A DNA stretch of 64,000 nucleotides from a virus (lineage: Duplodnaviria; Caudoviricetes): positions 1 through 64,000 of the IMG/VR virus record IMGVR_UViG_3300037400_003797. One strand, given 5' to 3'. Of the stretch, positions 37,908 to 47,445 are shown in pieces (within the stretch, counting starts at the first letter, position 1; every line of letters begins with the position of its first letter). The notes beneath the pieces were generated by a model that was given only the letters and a program-made list of their open reading frames with translations, was not told the origin of the DNA and ran no database searches. Both the position numbers and the translations under genes were made by a program.

Positions 37908-38004
37908 GCGCGTGTAAGCCGCTAACGGTTAAGCGGTGTATGTTCTTTTTCCAAAAGTTTTTCCGAAAGTAAATAACTTGCAGGTTCAAGTCCTGTCACG
38001 CGCA
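37908..38004 (+). ncRNA. tRNA-like RNA with non-canonical anticodon/variable region
   Basis: 7-bp acceptor GCGCGTG/CACGCGC plus A; T arm GCAGG-TTCAAGT-CCTGT; D-like arm with GG. Confidence 0.6.
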
Positions 38005-38271
38005 AGAGGAGTTGCTGGAAACAGGGCGCAAAGAGTACGCAGAGGGTGTGAGCAGAGTATGCGGAGGGTATGCGAAAAGAATAGCAAAGGGGCTGTAGAG
38101 TTGCTCAAAGGCTACAGTGAGTATGCTATCCCGGACAAGCGAGGAAAAAATCTAATCCTTGCCACGCGCTCGCAGCGGAGTTTTCGGTGTAGGTAGTGTT
38201 TTGTCTGTTCAAGAGATGTAGAGTGCCAGACCGCAGCAATGCGTTAATTGCAAAAAAACAGGAGAAGAAGA

Positions 38272-39072
38272 ATGACCAACGAGAACATTTTAGAGAACTT
38301 GAAAAAACTGTATCAGTGCAAGACCGAATTCACGGTAACGCAGACAGGAAAGCAGAGCAAAAAAGTAAACGGATTTTATAAGCCGCTGACACATGAAATA
38401 TTCTTGCATAACAAAAACTTCAAATCCGACAACGCCGTAATGTTCACGGCGATTCACGAGCTTACGCACCATATCCAGAATGAAAACGGCGTGAAAGCTG
38501 CAAGAGCGCACAACAACGCTTTTTGGAGTACATTCTACAACCTTCTTGATGAAGCTGAAAGAATCGGCATTTATTCACGCGAACGAAGCGAAAGCGTAGC
38601 GGCAAAAACAAAAGAACTTACAGACATTCAAAAACAGATTATCGAATTGCAGAAAAAGCAGGGAAAACTTCTTGCCGAACTTCACAGGGAATGTGAAGAG
38701 CAGGGCGACAGATACGAAGATGTACTTGAACATGATTTGCAGATTTCCAGAAACAAGGCAAAAGAATTACAGAAACAGGCTTATTTGACTTCTGATGTTT
38801 CAGATGAAATGTCAAAGGCAATCAATTCAGCAAAAGACGCAATGATGAAAAGCGCCGCAATACAGGCGGCTGACAGCGGGGCAACCGTTGAGCAGGTAAA
38901 GGCGATTGCAAAAGACACGGCGAAAAAAACTAAGCCTGCAGACGATGGACTTGATTCACCTTCAAGCCTTATGCGCGAAAAGAAGCGTATTGAAAAAACA
39001 ATCGAGCAGTTACAAGACAGACTTGTAAACATTGACGAGCAGCTTATAAGCATGGGGGTAGATGATGATTGA
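38272..39072 (+). CDS. SprT-like HExxH metalloprotease-domain protein with coiled coil
   Basis: IHELTHH...HNNAFW. Confidence 0.7.
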   Translation: MTNENILENLKKLYQCKTEFTVTQTGKQSKKVNGFYKPLTHEIFLHNKNFKSDNAVMFTAIHELTHHIQNENGVKAARAHNNAFWSTFYNLLDEAERIGIYSRERSESVAAKTKELTDIQKQIIELQKKQGKLLAELHRECEEQGDRYEDVLEHDLQISRNKAKELQKQAYLTSDVSDEMSKAINSAKDAMMKSAAIQAADSGATVEQVKAIAKDTAKKTKPADDGLDSPSSLMREKKRIEKTIEQLQDRLVNIDEQLISMGVDDD

Positions 39073-39298
39073 CGGTAACGAAATCAAGCTGAATACCACC
39101 CAGCAGAGAGTTTTTAATTACATCATGGATTTTGGGTCAATCACGACACTTGAAGCGTGTGTAGATTTGGGCGAAACAAGGCTTTCAGCTCGGATTTTCG
39201 AGCTTAAAAGCAAGGGCGTGAACATTTCAAGTGATTGGATTGAAGTCCAGAACAGGTACAAGGAAAAACGCCATGTAAAGCGATATTACATCGGCTAA
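39062..39298 (+). CDS. Winged HTH phage protein
   Basis: GSITTLEA...RLSARIFELK. Confidence 0.75.
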   Translation: MMIDGNEIKLNTTQQRVFNYIMDFGSITTLEACVDLGETRLSARIFELKSKGVNISSDWIEVQNRYKEKRHVKRYYIG

Positions 39299-39316
39299 AA
39301 ATAAAGTGAGGTGACT

Positions 39317-39757
39317 ATGAAAAAGATTTTTATGATTCTGCTGATTCTTGCAACTTGCCTTATGGTCGGTTGTACAGGCAACGATTGGGCAGAAATGAAT
39401 TATAACCGCGAAGCTCGTTCAGCAAGGTTTCAGTCGGAATATGCGACAACAGTAAACAAGCTGGAAATGAAAGAGGGCAACTTCAAAACTTACAGAAGAG
39501 TGATTTTCTACAATGTCCGGCTTGGTGAAACCGTCTTTGCCTGTGAAGGATATTGTCATGTACAGGTCGATAATGACGGCGATATTGAGATTGTCGTTAA
39601 GACAGGTGATGAAGAATACTTGCGCCATTACTTAGGGCAGAAACAGGATATTACATACTTTTCGGAACAGTTGAAACCTGTAAAACAAGACGAATACCGC
39701 TATCAAATTGTCTGGAATCCTAAATTATGGTTTCCCGAATTCAAGGTAGCGCACTAA
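39317..39757 (+). CDS. Phage lipoprotein
   Basis: Lipobox LMVGC; NFxxxRRVIFYN. Confidence 0.75.
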   Translation: MKKIFMILLILATCLMVGCTGNDWAEMNYNREARSARFQSEYATTVNKLEMKEGNFKTYRRVIFYNVRLGETVFACEGYCHVQVDNDGDIEIVVKTGDEEYLRHYLGQKQDITYFSEQLKPVKQDEYRYQIVWNPKLWFPEFKVAH

Positions 39758-39928
39758 ATAACTATCGGGCAAAAAGTGAGGTGGGAAAATGGGAAGGAGA
39801 ATCTATGTAGAACAGTACACACCGAAGATGTACACAATGCACAAAAACGGCGTACAGACTAGGCGCATTAGCTTTATCCGTTACCTGTTTTTGAAGCTTT
39901 GCGGTAGCAAGGATATTAAAGTCCTTCG

Positions 39929-40270
39929 CTAAAAATCCTGCTGCTTTTCAGATTGCTTTTTGAACAAGTCAATCTGGAATTGCAGCGAGGACATGAGGAA
40001 TGATTTTTGATTTTCATTCAGCGTGTCTAGTTCTGCAAAAAGAAGCCGTATTTCTTGCGGAAAATCACATTTCTCTTGACCTGTAATCAGAAAATCAAGG
40101 GAAACTTTGAAATGCTTTGCGATTGCTACTAAATCCGGGAGAGCCGGGAAGCGTTTAGCCTGTTGGCTGGAATAGTAAGACGATTGCACGATTCCGTTTT
40201 TTTCAAGCATTTCTTTCAGCGAGATACCTTCTTTTTTGCAGAGTTCTTTAATCCGTTCGTAAATATCCAT
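39929..40270 (-). CDS. XRE-family HTH regulator
   Basis: YERIKELCKKEG...VSLDFLITG. Confidence 0.85.
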   Translation of the reverse strand: MDIYERIKELCKKEGISLKEMLEKNGIVQSSYYSSQQAKRFPALPDLVAIAKHFKVSLDFLITGQEKCDFPQEIRLLFAELDTLNENQKSFLMSSLQFQIDLFKKQSEKQQDF

Positions 40271-40349
40271 GCTTTTATGTTCGGAATAATTGCTTAAAAA
40301 CATAACTATCAAACAGTTTGATAGGTGTACTTTACTTTCAAGATAAAGG

Positions 40350-40637
40350 CTATTTAAGCAGGTTGATTATTTCTTGTGCAAGTGCGGCGGCTTTTTCTTT
40401 GGATTCGTCTTTGGGGAATGTCGGTGTATTGCCGGAAACGAGGAATTCGACAGATGTGTTTAGGGCTTCGGCGATTTTTACGGCTTCGATTACATCGGGA
40501 GAGCGATTATTGGACGACAGGGTTTCAATTCTTCTTTCGGTAAATCCACATTCTAGGGCTAATCCCCTTTGGGTTTTACTTTGGAGTTTGATAAGTTCGT
40601 TTGTCCTTTTCCAAAATTCCGTGTAATCCATACGCAA
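40350..40637 (-). CDS. XRE-family HTH regulator
   Basis: TQRGLALECG...TSVEFLVSG. Confidence 0.85.
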   Translation of the reverse strand: MRMDYTEFWKRTNELIKLQSKTQRGLALECGFTERRIETLSSNNRSPDVIEAVKIAEALNTSVEFLVSGNTPTFPKDESKEKAAALAQEIINLLK

Positions 40638-40766
40638 ATTATATCAGAAAAACACACTTTTTTGTGTGAAAACTAATTGACTATCACATAAAAGCGTGAT
40701 ATTAGTATAAGTGTAATCACACGAAAGTATGTGATTATAAATAAAAATCGGATTGTTAATCCGTTT

Positions 40767-40893
40767 AGGCATTTCAACAATATTTTTCGGGTACATTGTT
40801 GAACTGCTTAGTTCATAAGCCTTGTGGCTTTGCACTACCCGAACATTCATGTGTCGTAGCGTGAATGAGTGCATAAGCTACAGGGCTTTTTTT
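40767..40893 (+). promoter_or_regulatory. Paired-loop attenuator leader E
   Basis: UUCGGGUA in upstream loop versus UACCCGAA bulge in the long terminator stem. Confidence 0.65.
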
Positions 40894-40957
40894 ATTTCAA
40901 GCGGTTAGGGTGTCAGATTCTTGGCGGAACTTCACCCAAAACCGCAGGGAGTTACTA

Positions 40958-41845
40958 ATGCAGAACTCACTTAGTTTGTCGGCTGAAAACGGTTTGACTT
41001 TAGCACAAAATCAGAAAGTCCAGATTGTAAGACAGGAAAATGTATTAGGACAGGAATTCACGGTTTACGGAGATTTTGAAAATCCACTTTTCCTTGCGAA
41101 AGATGTAGCAGCATGGATTGATTACGCTAAAACCTCACAAGGTTTTTATGATGTGTCAAATATGCTGAAAAGCGTAGATGATGATGAAAAAATTAAGATT
41201 TTTACTACTACGAACAATCTTCGTAGTGGTTGTGAACAATGGTTTTTGACTGAAAACGGCTTGTATGAAGTCCTTATGTTATCAAGAAAACCTATCGCAA
41301 AGGATTTCAAGAAAGAAGTAAAGAGAATCCTTCACGAAATCAGAACTACAGGCGGCTATACAGTGCCTAGAAGCTATGCGGAAGCATTGCAGATTGCCGC
41401 AGACCAAGCAAAAAGAATCGAAGAGCAGAACAAACAGATTGAAGTTATGAAACCTTCTGCTACATCTTGGGAAACTTACGCCGGAAACATGGAACATAGG
41501 AATTCTGAAAAGTCTTTCCGGGAAGTTGCAAAACTCTTGAATCTGAATCCGCAGAATTGCCTTACAAATTGGTGTGAGAAAAACGGCTACATCTACAGGA
41601 ACAAGGGCGTTTACACGGCAAGTCAGAAAGCAATCACAAAAGGAATTCTTGTAAACAGAATCGTAAACGCTGAAAACGGTTGGAGCGGCGAACAGTGCAA
41701 AATTACCGCTTACGGCATGAGGTTCTTTTCTGAAATGAAAGCGCAGGGCGAATTCGGTTATTGCGTTCTCACAGACAAGCCAGAGGACGGAAGCAAACGA
41801 CCCGCAAGACCTTCTAGGGATTACCGCAAGCGAGGCGATAAATGA
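40958..41845 (+). CDS. Phage antirepressor (BRO-N-like plus ANT/KilA-C-like)
   Basis: PLFLAKDVA, LTENGLYEVLM; C-terminal half similar to 26021-26866. Confidence 0.88.
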   Translation: MQNSLSLSAENGLTLAQNQKVQIVRQENVLGQEFTVYGDFENPLFLAKDVAAWIDYAKTSQGFYDVSNMLKSVDDDEKIKIFTTTNNLRSGCEQWFLTENGLYEVLMLSRKPIAKDFKKEVKRILHEIRTTGGYTVPRSYAEALQIAADQAKRIEEQNKQIEVMKPSATSWETYAGNMEHRNSEKSFREVAKLLNLNPQNCLTNWCEKNGYIYRNKGVYTASQKAITKGILVNRIVNAENGWSGEQCKITAYGMRFFSEMKAQGEFGYCVLTDKPEDGSKRPARPSRDYRKRGDK

Positions 41846-42192
41846 CATTGCAGATTGATGATGAAGGGGAGCTTGGAAAACTTCTTCAACTTCTCCCGGA
41901 AGCAATAAACACATTCAAACAGGCTGCAAGCGTACAAAACAATCAGCTTACGGCGCAATGGTACGACTTGGAAGCCTGTTATAACTTGCGCGGCGTGGGT
42001 GCTTTTTCGACCTTCAAAAATAACAGGTGGTATCAACCGAAGGGCGGAATCCCGGACGACATCGTACAGGGGCGGCACGCTTGGAGCAGGGAAACGGTGG
42101 CGGAATGGCTGACTTATACGGACAGAACACTTCCAGAATACCACAAGAAATATTGCACAGGGGCGAGAAATCCGAAGGGGGCGCAGAAATGA
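41842..42192 (+). CDS. Putative excisionase-like DNA-binding protein
   Basis: WYDL...QP...WSRETVAEWL pattern. Confidence 0.45.
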   Translation: MTLQIDDEGELGKLLQLLPEAINTFKQAASVQNNQLTAQWYDLEACYNLRGVGAFSTFKNNRWYQPKGGIPDDIVQGRHAWSRETVAEWLTYTDRTLPEYHKKYCTGARNPKGAQK

Positions 42193-42386
42193 TGTTGAAA
42201 TGCACTACAACGAAGTTTAACGGCAAAGACATAAAACTTTACGAATCTTCCTACAAGGGCAAAAAGCAGACCTTCGGAAGCGTGAGAGAAGCACTTTTAT
42301 TCAGCATGGGTTACGGTTCTGACCAAGCGGCAGAATTGCGCTACATGATGAAAAAAAAGATAGACGAGAAATCCAACGAAGCATAA
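42189..42386 (+). CDS. Hypothetical protein
   Basis: ATGA-coupled to upstream gene. Confidence 0.55.
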   Translation: MMLKCTTTKFNGKDIKLYESSYKGKKQTFGSVREALLFSMGYGSDQAAELRYMMKKKIDEKSNEA

Positions 42387-42398
42387 GGAGGCAAAAAA

Positions 42399-43451
42399 AT
42401 GCTTTATGAAGAAATCTTGAAAAATGGATTCTGTACGGCTGAAAGTACGGAAGGTATGAGCGAAGATGTGTGGCTTGATAAACGCCGTGAGGGTATCGGC
42501 GGCAGCGATTCCGGGGCAATCCTTAACATGAATCGCTTTGCTACACCGTTGAGCGTTTACATCGCAAAGAAAAACCTTCTTGATTCTGATTTGAACAAAA
42601 ACAATCAGTCTATCAAGTGGGGAAAAATGGCGGAAGCTGCAATCAGAAAAGGGCTTGCAGACGATTTGAATTTGCAGATTGAAACCGCACCTGTAATGTT
42701 CAAGAGCGTTAAAAATCCGTTCATGCTTGCTGATTTGGACGGCGTGATTTTTGTGCCGGAAGCAAGAGAAATCAACGGAAAGACCGTTAAGGGAATCGGC
42801 GGCCTTGAAATCAAAACCGCAACTTCACGCAATACGGAATTTGGAAGTGATGAAATTCCCGACAGTTATTATTGCCAAGTCCAGCATTACATGGCTGTAA
42901 CCGGGCTTGATTGGTTTGTTCTTTGTGTGCTTATCGACAAGGCAGACGGCAGAATCTACACAGTGCCTAGAAATGACGACTTCATTAACAACACTCTTAT
43001 TCCGGCTGAAAAATCATTCTGGAATGACTATGTACTTGCAGAAGTAATGCCAGCTCCAACAGGCAATGAATACGAATCAAAGATTGTTGACGGCGTGTAT
43101 AAAGAGTGTGCCGCAGAGGTTGAACTTCCCGAAGAGGTTTCTTTGCTCTGTGATGAATACAATCTTGCAGCACAGGAAGAAAAAGCCGCCGGAGAGAAAA
43201 AAGAAATCATCAAGGAAAAAATCAAGATTGCCATTATGAAAGCCTCGCCGACCGCTGATGTCGAGAAGCAGAAAATCATTGCAAAGGCGGGCGGTGCGAA
43301 AATATCTTGGAACAAGCAGGTTCGCAAGATTGCCGATACTGACAAGCTCAAAAAATCCGGGCTTTTTGATGAATATTGCAAGGAATCAGCAAGCCTTGTA
43401 ATGAAAATCACGGCAGAGAAAAAAGCAGCGGGGGCGGCTGATGTATTCTGA
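42399..43451 (+). CDS. YqaJ-like viral recombinase exonuclease
   Basis: WLxxRRxGIGGSD, LADLDG, LEIKT, YxxQVQHY. Confidence 0.92.
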   Translation: MLYEEILKNGFCTAESTEGMSEDVWLDKRREGIGGSDSGAILNMNRFATPLSVYIAKKNLLDSDLNKNNQSIKWGKMAEAAIRKGLADDLNLQIETAPVMFKSVKNPFMLADLDGVIFVPEAREINGKTVKGIGGLEIKTATSRNTEFGSDEIPDSYYCQVQHYMAVTGLDWFVLCVLIDKADGRIYTVPRNDDFINNTLIPAEKSFWNDYVLAEVMPAPTGNEYESKIVDGVYKECAAEVELPEEVSLLCDEYNLAAQEEKAAGEKKEIIKEKIKIAIMKASPTADVEKQKIIAKAGGAKISWNKQVRKIADTDKLKKSGLFDEYCKESASLVMKITAEKKAAGAADVF

Positions 43452-43638
43452 TGATGAAGATTTGAGAGCGGACAAGTGCTATTGTGGCGGAAATCCGCAG
43501 GTAGAAAGTAAGTACGGCTCTTTCTTTGTCATTTGTAAAGAGTGTGGTTGCTCTGGTTCTGCATATCCAACACAGAAACAGGCAATCCGCTCTTGGAACA
43601 AGAAAAACAAACGGATTAAGGGGGAATCTGAAAAATGA
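43441..43638 (+). CDS. Lar-like restriction alleviation protein
   Basis: CxCGG...CxxCG...AIRSWN. Confidence 0.7.
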   Translation: MYSDDEDLRADKCYCGGNPQVESKYGSFFVICKECGCSGSAYPTQKQAIRSWNKKNKRIKGESEK

Positions 43639-44234
43639 AAGTTCTTTGGTGTGACACAGAAACAACAGGATTAAAGCCGGAAAACAGCGGAGCTTTTCAA
43701 GTCGCAATGCTTTTTAAGCACGGCATGGATAAAACAAAAGTGTGGCAGCGGCTTTTCTTTCTGAATCCGCTGGACGAAGAAAAGGGCATTTTATACCACG
43801 AAGAAGCATACGAAACTCACGGCGTGAAGAAAGAAACGATTGAAGGGTATGCAAAGGCGGCGGAAGTTATGCCGAAAATCGCTTCATTCTTTCTGGAATA
43901 CGGAAAAGGTTTTACCGATGAAGGGAAGTTTGAAAAGATGTACTTTGCAGGCTATAACCCTTCTTTCGATTGGGAACATCTGGACGAACTTTTCAAGCGT
44001 TACACCGAATTAAAGATGTCAGACTTCTTTGAGCCGAAATTGCTTGATGTTCTGGAACAGGTAAAGCGGGCAACGGCAATGGGAAAACTGAATACCGTAA
44101 ACAAGAAACTTACAACAGTTTGCAAATCGCTTGAAATTCCGCTTGTAAACGCGCATGACGCTATGGGCGACATCGAAGCGACAAGAGAATTGGCGGTAAG
44201 ACTTCAAAGAATTGGTGTACCTTTGGTTTTGTAA
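43635..44234 (+). CDS. DEDDh 3'-5' exonuclease (DnaQ-like)
   Basis: DTETTG, GYNxxFD, HDAMGD. Confidence 0.9.
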   Translation: MKVLWCDTETTGLKPENSGAFQVAMLFKHGMDKTKVWQRLFFLNPLDEEKGILYHEEAYETHGVKKETIEGYAKAAEVMPKIASFFLEYGKGFTDEGKFEKMYFAGYNPSFDWEHLDELFKRYTELKMSDFFEPKLLDVLEQVKRATAMGKLNTVNKKLTTVCKSLEIPLVNAHDAMGDIEATRELAVRLQRIGVPLVL

Positions 44235-44261
44235 ATTTGTGCAAATTTGCACAAATTCGTA

Positions 44262-44290
44262 TTGACTGATACGATAAATAGATTTACAAT
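44262..44290 (+). promoter_or_regulatory. Sigma70-type promoter upstream of recT
   Basis: TTGACT-17-TACAAT. Confidence 0.6.
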
Positions 44291-44350
44291 CGTATTAGAT
44301 ACGAAATAGAGTATCAAACCCAACGATATATAGACACGGAGGCATTTTTT

Positions 44351-45358
44351 ATGAAAACAGACGGCTCTGACGCACAGACTAAACAAGTTGCGACACAGAC
44401 ACAAGGAAAACAGGGAACTTTGAGGGATTGGCTTTCGATTCAGCAGAAGGCTGTTGCTCCTTCTCTCCCGGCTGGTACTGTAAGTATCGAGCGTTTTATG
44501 GAGAGCGTGAAATTCGCTATCTTAGACCCTAAAAACCCGCTTTTGCGCACTTGTGACAAGGGAAGTTTGCAGCGTTCTATTGCGCAGGCGGCAAATTACG
44601 GCTTGGAAGTCGGCGGAGTTTTAGGGCAGTCTTATTTTATCCCATACAATGAATCTGTCAAGAATCCACAGACAGGTCAGTGGGAAAAGGTAATGACTTG
44701 TCATTTCCAGATTGGTTACAAAGGCTTGATTGAGCTTGCTAGACGCTCTAAGACAATCAAGACAATCGCCGCCGAGCCTGTTTACTCAAACGATGATTTT
44801 GAGTGTGAATTGGCAAGCGGAAGAAGTATTCATCATAAAATCAACATCTTCAAAGACCGAGGCGAAGTCGTAGCTTATTACTGTCTTGTTGAACTTACAA
44901 ACGGCGGTGAGCAATTCGCAATCCTTACTAAATCAGACGCAGAGAAATTCCGCGACAAGTATTCAAAGTCTTATGTCATGGCAAAGAACAGCGGCAAAGG
45001 GCTTGAAGAAAATAATTGGGTGAAGAACTTTGACGCAATGGCTTTGAAAACTTGCGTTATTAAAGCTCTTAAACTCTGTCCTATCAGCATTGAAACATTG
45101 CGGGCAGTCCAGACAGAAGAAATCGGAGATTACAACGATACAGCCGTTGAAGTTACTCCCGAAGCTGAAAATGTTACCTATTCGGTAAGTGAAGAGCCTA
45201 GACAGATTGTAGCTCCTGCACAGACAGAAGAGCCTGCACCTAGCGATATGGCACAGGAAGCACTTGAAAGTGGAATGTCCGCTGAAGATGAAGCTGCAAT
45301 GAACGCCGCTTTTGATTCAATGCCACCACAGGCACAAGACCCTAGCGAGATATTCTAA
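44351..45358 (+). CDS. recT: RecT-family ssDNA annealing protein
   Basis: YFIPY, FQIGYKGLIELARRS, FDAMALKT. Confidence 0.92.
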   Translation: MKTDGSDAQTKQVATQTQGKQGTLRDWLSIQQKAVAPSLPAGTVSIERFMESVKFAILDPKNPLLRTCDKGSLQRSIAQAANYGLEVGGVLGQSYFIPYNESVKNPQTGQWEKVMTCHFQIGYKGLIELARRSKTIKTIAAEPVYSNDDFECELASGRSIHHKINIFKDRGEVVAYYCLVELTNGGEQFAILTKSDAEKFRDKYSKSYVMAKNSGKGLEENNWVKNFDAMALKTCVIKALKLCPISIETLRAVQTEEIGDYNDTAVEVTPEAENVTYSVSEEPRQIVAPAQTEEPAPSDMAQEALESGMSAEDEAAMNAAFDSMPPQAQDPSEIF

Positions 45359-45369
45359 GGCGGTAGGGA

Positions 45370-46164
45370 ATGAAAGTCACAGGCTATTTTCACGGCATAC
45401 TTTTCAAAGATAACTCAATTATTTTAAGACCGAGTGATAGCCGTGACTTAATCCCTATTAGAAAGGTTTTCAAAAGCAAGAAAGACCGGGAAGAAAGAAG
45501 CGGGCTTGAAATCCTTTTGAGGTGTGAAATTGACGCACCTTTACAGAAACGGAGCATAAAAGAATTAAACACAGCTTGGAAGCTGATTTCAATTATTCAT
45601 GAATCAATGGAAGGTCGGCGCGGAACGGACGAAGAGCTTTACAGCTTGTATGAAGATTTGCTGACCGAATACGCCGAAAAGACACCTTGCACACTATACC
45701 CGAACAGATTGCGCCCGGTACGGTTGAGCGAAGCAAACACGGTACAGGCTGCAACTTTCATTGACGGCTTAATTTATCACCTGTGTATGCTTTGTGACTT
45801 GAAGCAGGATTTACAGGCTGATGTACGAATGGTTATTTACGAATTCGAGGAATGGCGGGGAAAACAGAAAGAAGATTTTACCGCCACAATGACAGAATCG
45901 AAGTGGAGAGAAAGGGCGGTTTATTCCGAAGCGAGCGGAATAGGAACAGATATAGACCTTCATCACATGATGGGAAAGGGAGCGCACGAGATTTTACGGA
46001 ATGACCCGGAAAATTGGATTGCGTTAAACCGTGTGGAGCATGAGGAATTCCACAACGAAGGGGAAGAAAACTTTTTGCAGAAATACCCGCACTTAAAGGG
46101 GCGTTTCGAGCATATACATAAAAAGGCGGCGAGCCTTTACGAAGATAAAAGAAATTTGGGGTGA
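45370..46164 (+). CDS. Phage protein with C-terminal HNH-like His motif
   Basis: DLHH...NWIALxRxEHxEFH. Confidence 0.55.
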   Translation: MKVTGYFHGILFKDNSIILRPSDSRDLIPIRKVFKSKKDREERSGLEILLRCEIDAPLQKRSIKELNTAWKLISIIHESMEGRRGTDEELYSLYEDLLTEYAEKTPCTLYPNRLRPVRLSEANTVQAATFIDGLIYHLCMLCDLKQDLQADVRMVIYEFEEWRGKQKEDFTATMTESKWRERAVYSEASGIGTDIDLHHMMGKGAHEILRNDPENWIALNRVEHEEFHNEGEENFLQKYPHLKGRFEHIHKKAASLYEDKRNLG

Positions 46165-46174
46165 CAGGTAAAAA

Positions 46175-46816
46175 ATGACAAGAGAGATACCATTGAGCCG
46201 GATTCTTTACGGCACGAATGTCAGAAGCGAGCGTGACGAGGATATTATCGAGCTTGCAAAGAGCATTGAAGCACATGATATTTTACAGCCTTTAGTTGTA
46301 AGACCAAAGGGCAACAAGTATGAAGTTATTTGCGGACACAGACGGCTTAAAGCCTTGCAGCTTGTCGGCGGTGATATTTCTGTACCTTGCATTATCCGTG
46401 AGGATATTCCAGATTCAGAAGTTCTCAAAGTTCAGCTTGAAGAGAATATTCAGCGTAAGCAAATGAGCGCGATTGAACTTGTAGAAGCGTTTGACAAGAT
46501 TAAGGCACAAAGCCGGGTAAAACTTACGAATGAACGGCTTGCCACAATGCTGAACAAAAACGTTAGTTGGGTTTTGAATCAGTATTATGCGGTAAAGAAC
46601 ATTGAAAAAGTATATGGCGACAACGGCAAGGAGTATGTGAGAAAAAATCACATCGCTGCTGGAAAGATTATCGGTGACTTGCAGAAAAAAAATCGGGAAG
46701 GCACAAAGGTTCAGAAAAACGGTTTTACCATTGAACATAACGGAAAGACTATCACAGTCAAATGTGAGAGCGTTGATGTGGTGAATTATGTTGTCGCAGA
46801 ACTTAAAAAAATCTAA
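46175..46816 (+). CDS. ParB/Spo0J-like protein
   Basis: ILQPLVVR, GHRRLKA, EENIQR. Confidence 0.85.
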   Translation: MTREIPLSRILYGTNVRSERDEDIIELAKSIEAHDILQPLVVRPKGNKYEVICGHRRLKALQLVGGDISVPCIIREDIPDSEVLKVQLEENIQRKQMSAIELVEAFDKIKAQSRVKLTNERLATMLNKNVSWVLNQYYAVKNIEKVYGDNGKEYVRKNHIAAGKIIGDLQKKNREGTKVQKNGFTIEHNGKTITVKCESVDVVNYVVAELKKI

Positions 46817-46827
46817 GGGGAATTGAT

Positions 46828-47445
46828 ATGTCAGAAGAAAAGCCGATTGAGAAGCCTAGAGCCGTAAAGCTCGTTTACAATCTGAATGATGATTACAGGA
46901 CACCGCGCTATCTTGTTTCGTGCCTTGATACATTCATCTTTGATTTTATGCAGCGTCATAACATCAACAGAAAATTGGTTGTGTATTGCCCTTTTGATAC
47001 CGAAGAAAGCGAGTATGTACGCTACTTCAAAGAAAACGGCGCGAAAGTAATTCACGGAGATATAAAGACAGGGCAGGACTTCTTCGAGAATCCTATCCCG
47101 GAATGTGATTTAGTTATCTCAAATCCGCCTTTTTCACGAAAGCGTGAAGTTTTTTCTAAATTGTTTGCGGCTAATGTACCTTTTGCCCTGCTGATGAATC
47201 TGCAGGCAATGCAGTATCAAGAAATGGGGCAGTTGTTTTTTGAGGAACAGCAGAGAACGGAAGCAATTCAGTTTATTATCCCGGATAAGAAAGTGTCTTT
47301 TGACGGTCATACATCGGCTTTTTGCAGCGGTTATTATTGCTGGAAGTTCGTTGAGAAAACATCATTCGTACACCTTCCACATAATAATAGCGGAAAGTTT
47401 TATGTTCCGGCTTATTCACTTACAAAACAGGGAGATGTGCAATAA
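46828..47445 (+). CDS. Adenine methyltransferase-like protein
   Basis: DYRTP, CPFD, GQDFF, ISNPPFS. Confidence 0.8.
   Translation: MSEEKPIEKPRAVKLVYNLNDDYRTPRYLVSCLDTFIFDFMQRHNINRKLVVYCPFDTEESEYVRYFKENGAKVIHGDIKTGQDFFENPIPECDLVISNPPFSRKREVFSKLFAANVPFALLMNLQAMQYQEMGQLFFEEQQRTEAIQFIIPDKKVSFDGHTSAFCSGYYCWKFVEKTSFVHLPHNNSGKFYVPAYSLTKQGDVQ

Noticed and set aside
37908-38004. Canonical tRNA-Gly(TCC), tRNA-Trp or tRNA-Sec call
   Set aside because: No proper 5-bp anticodon stem at the expected position and no TCA anticodon, so a link to the TGA at 25518 is unsupported
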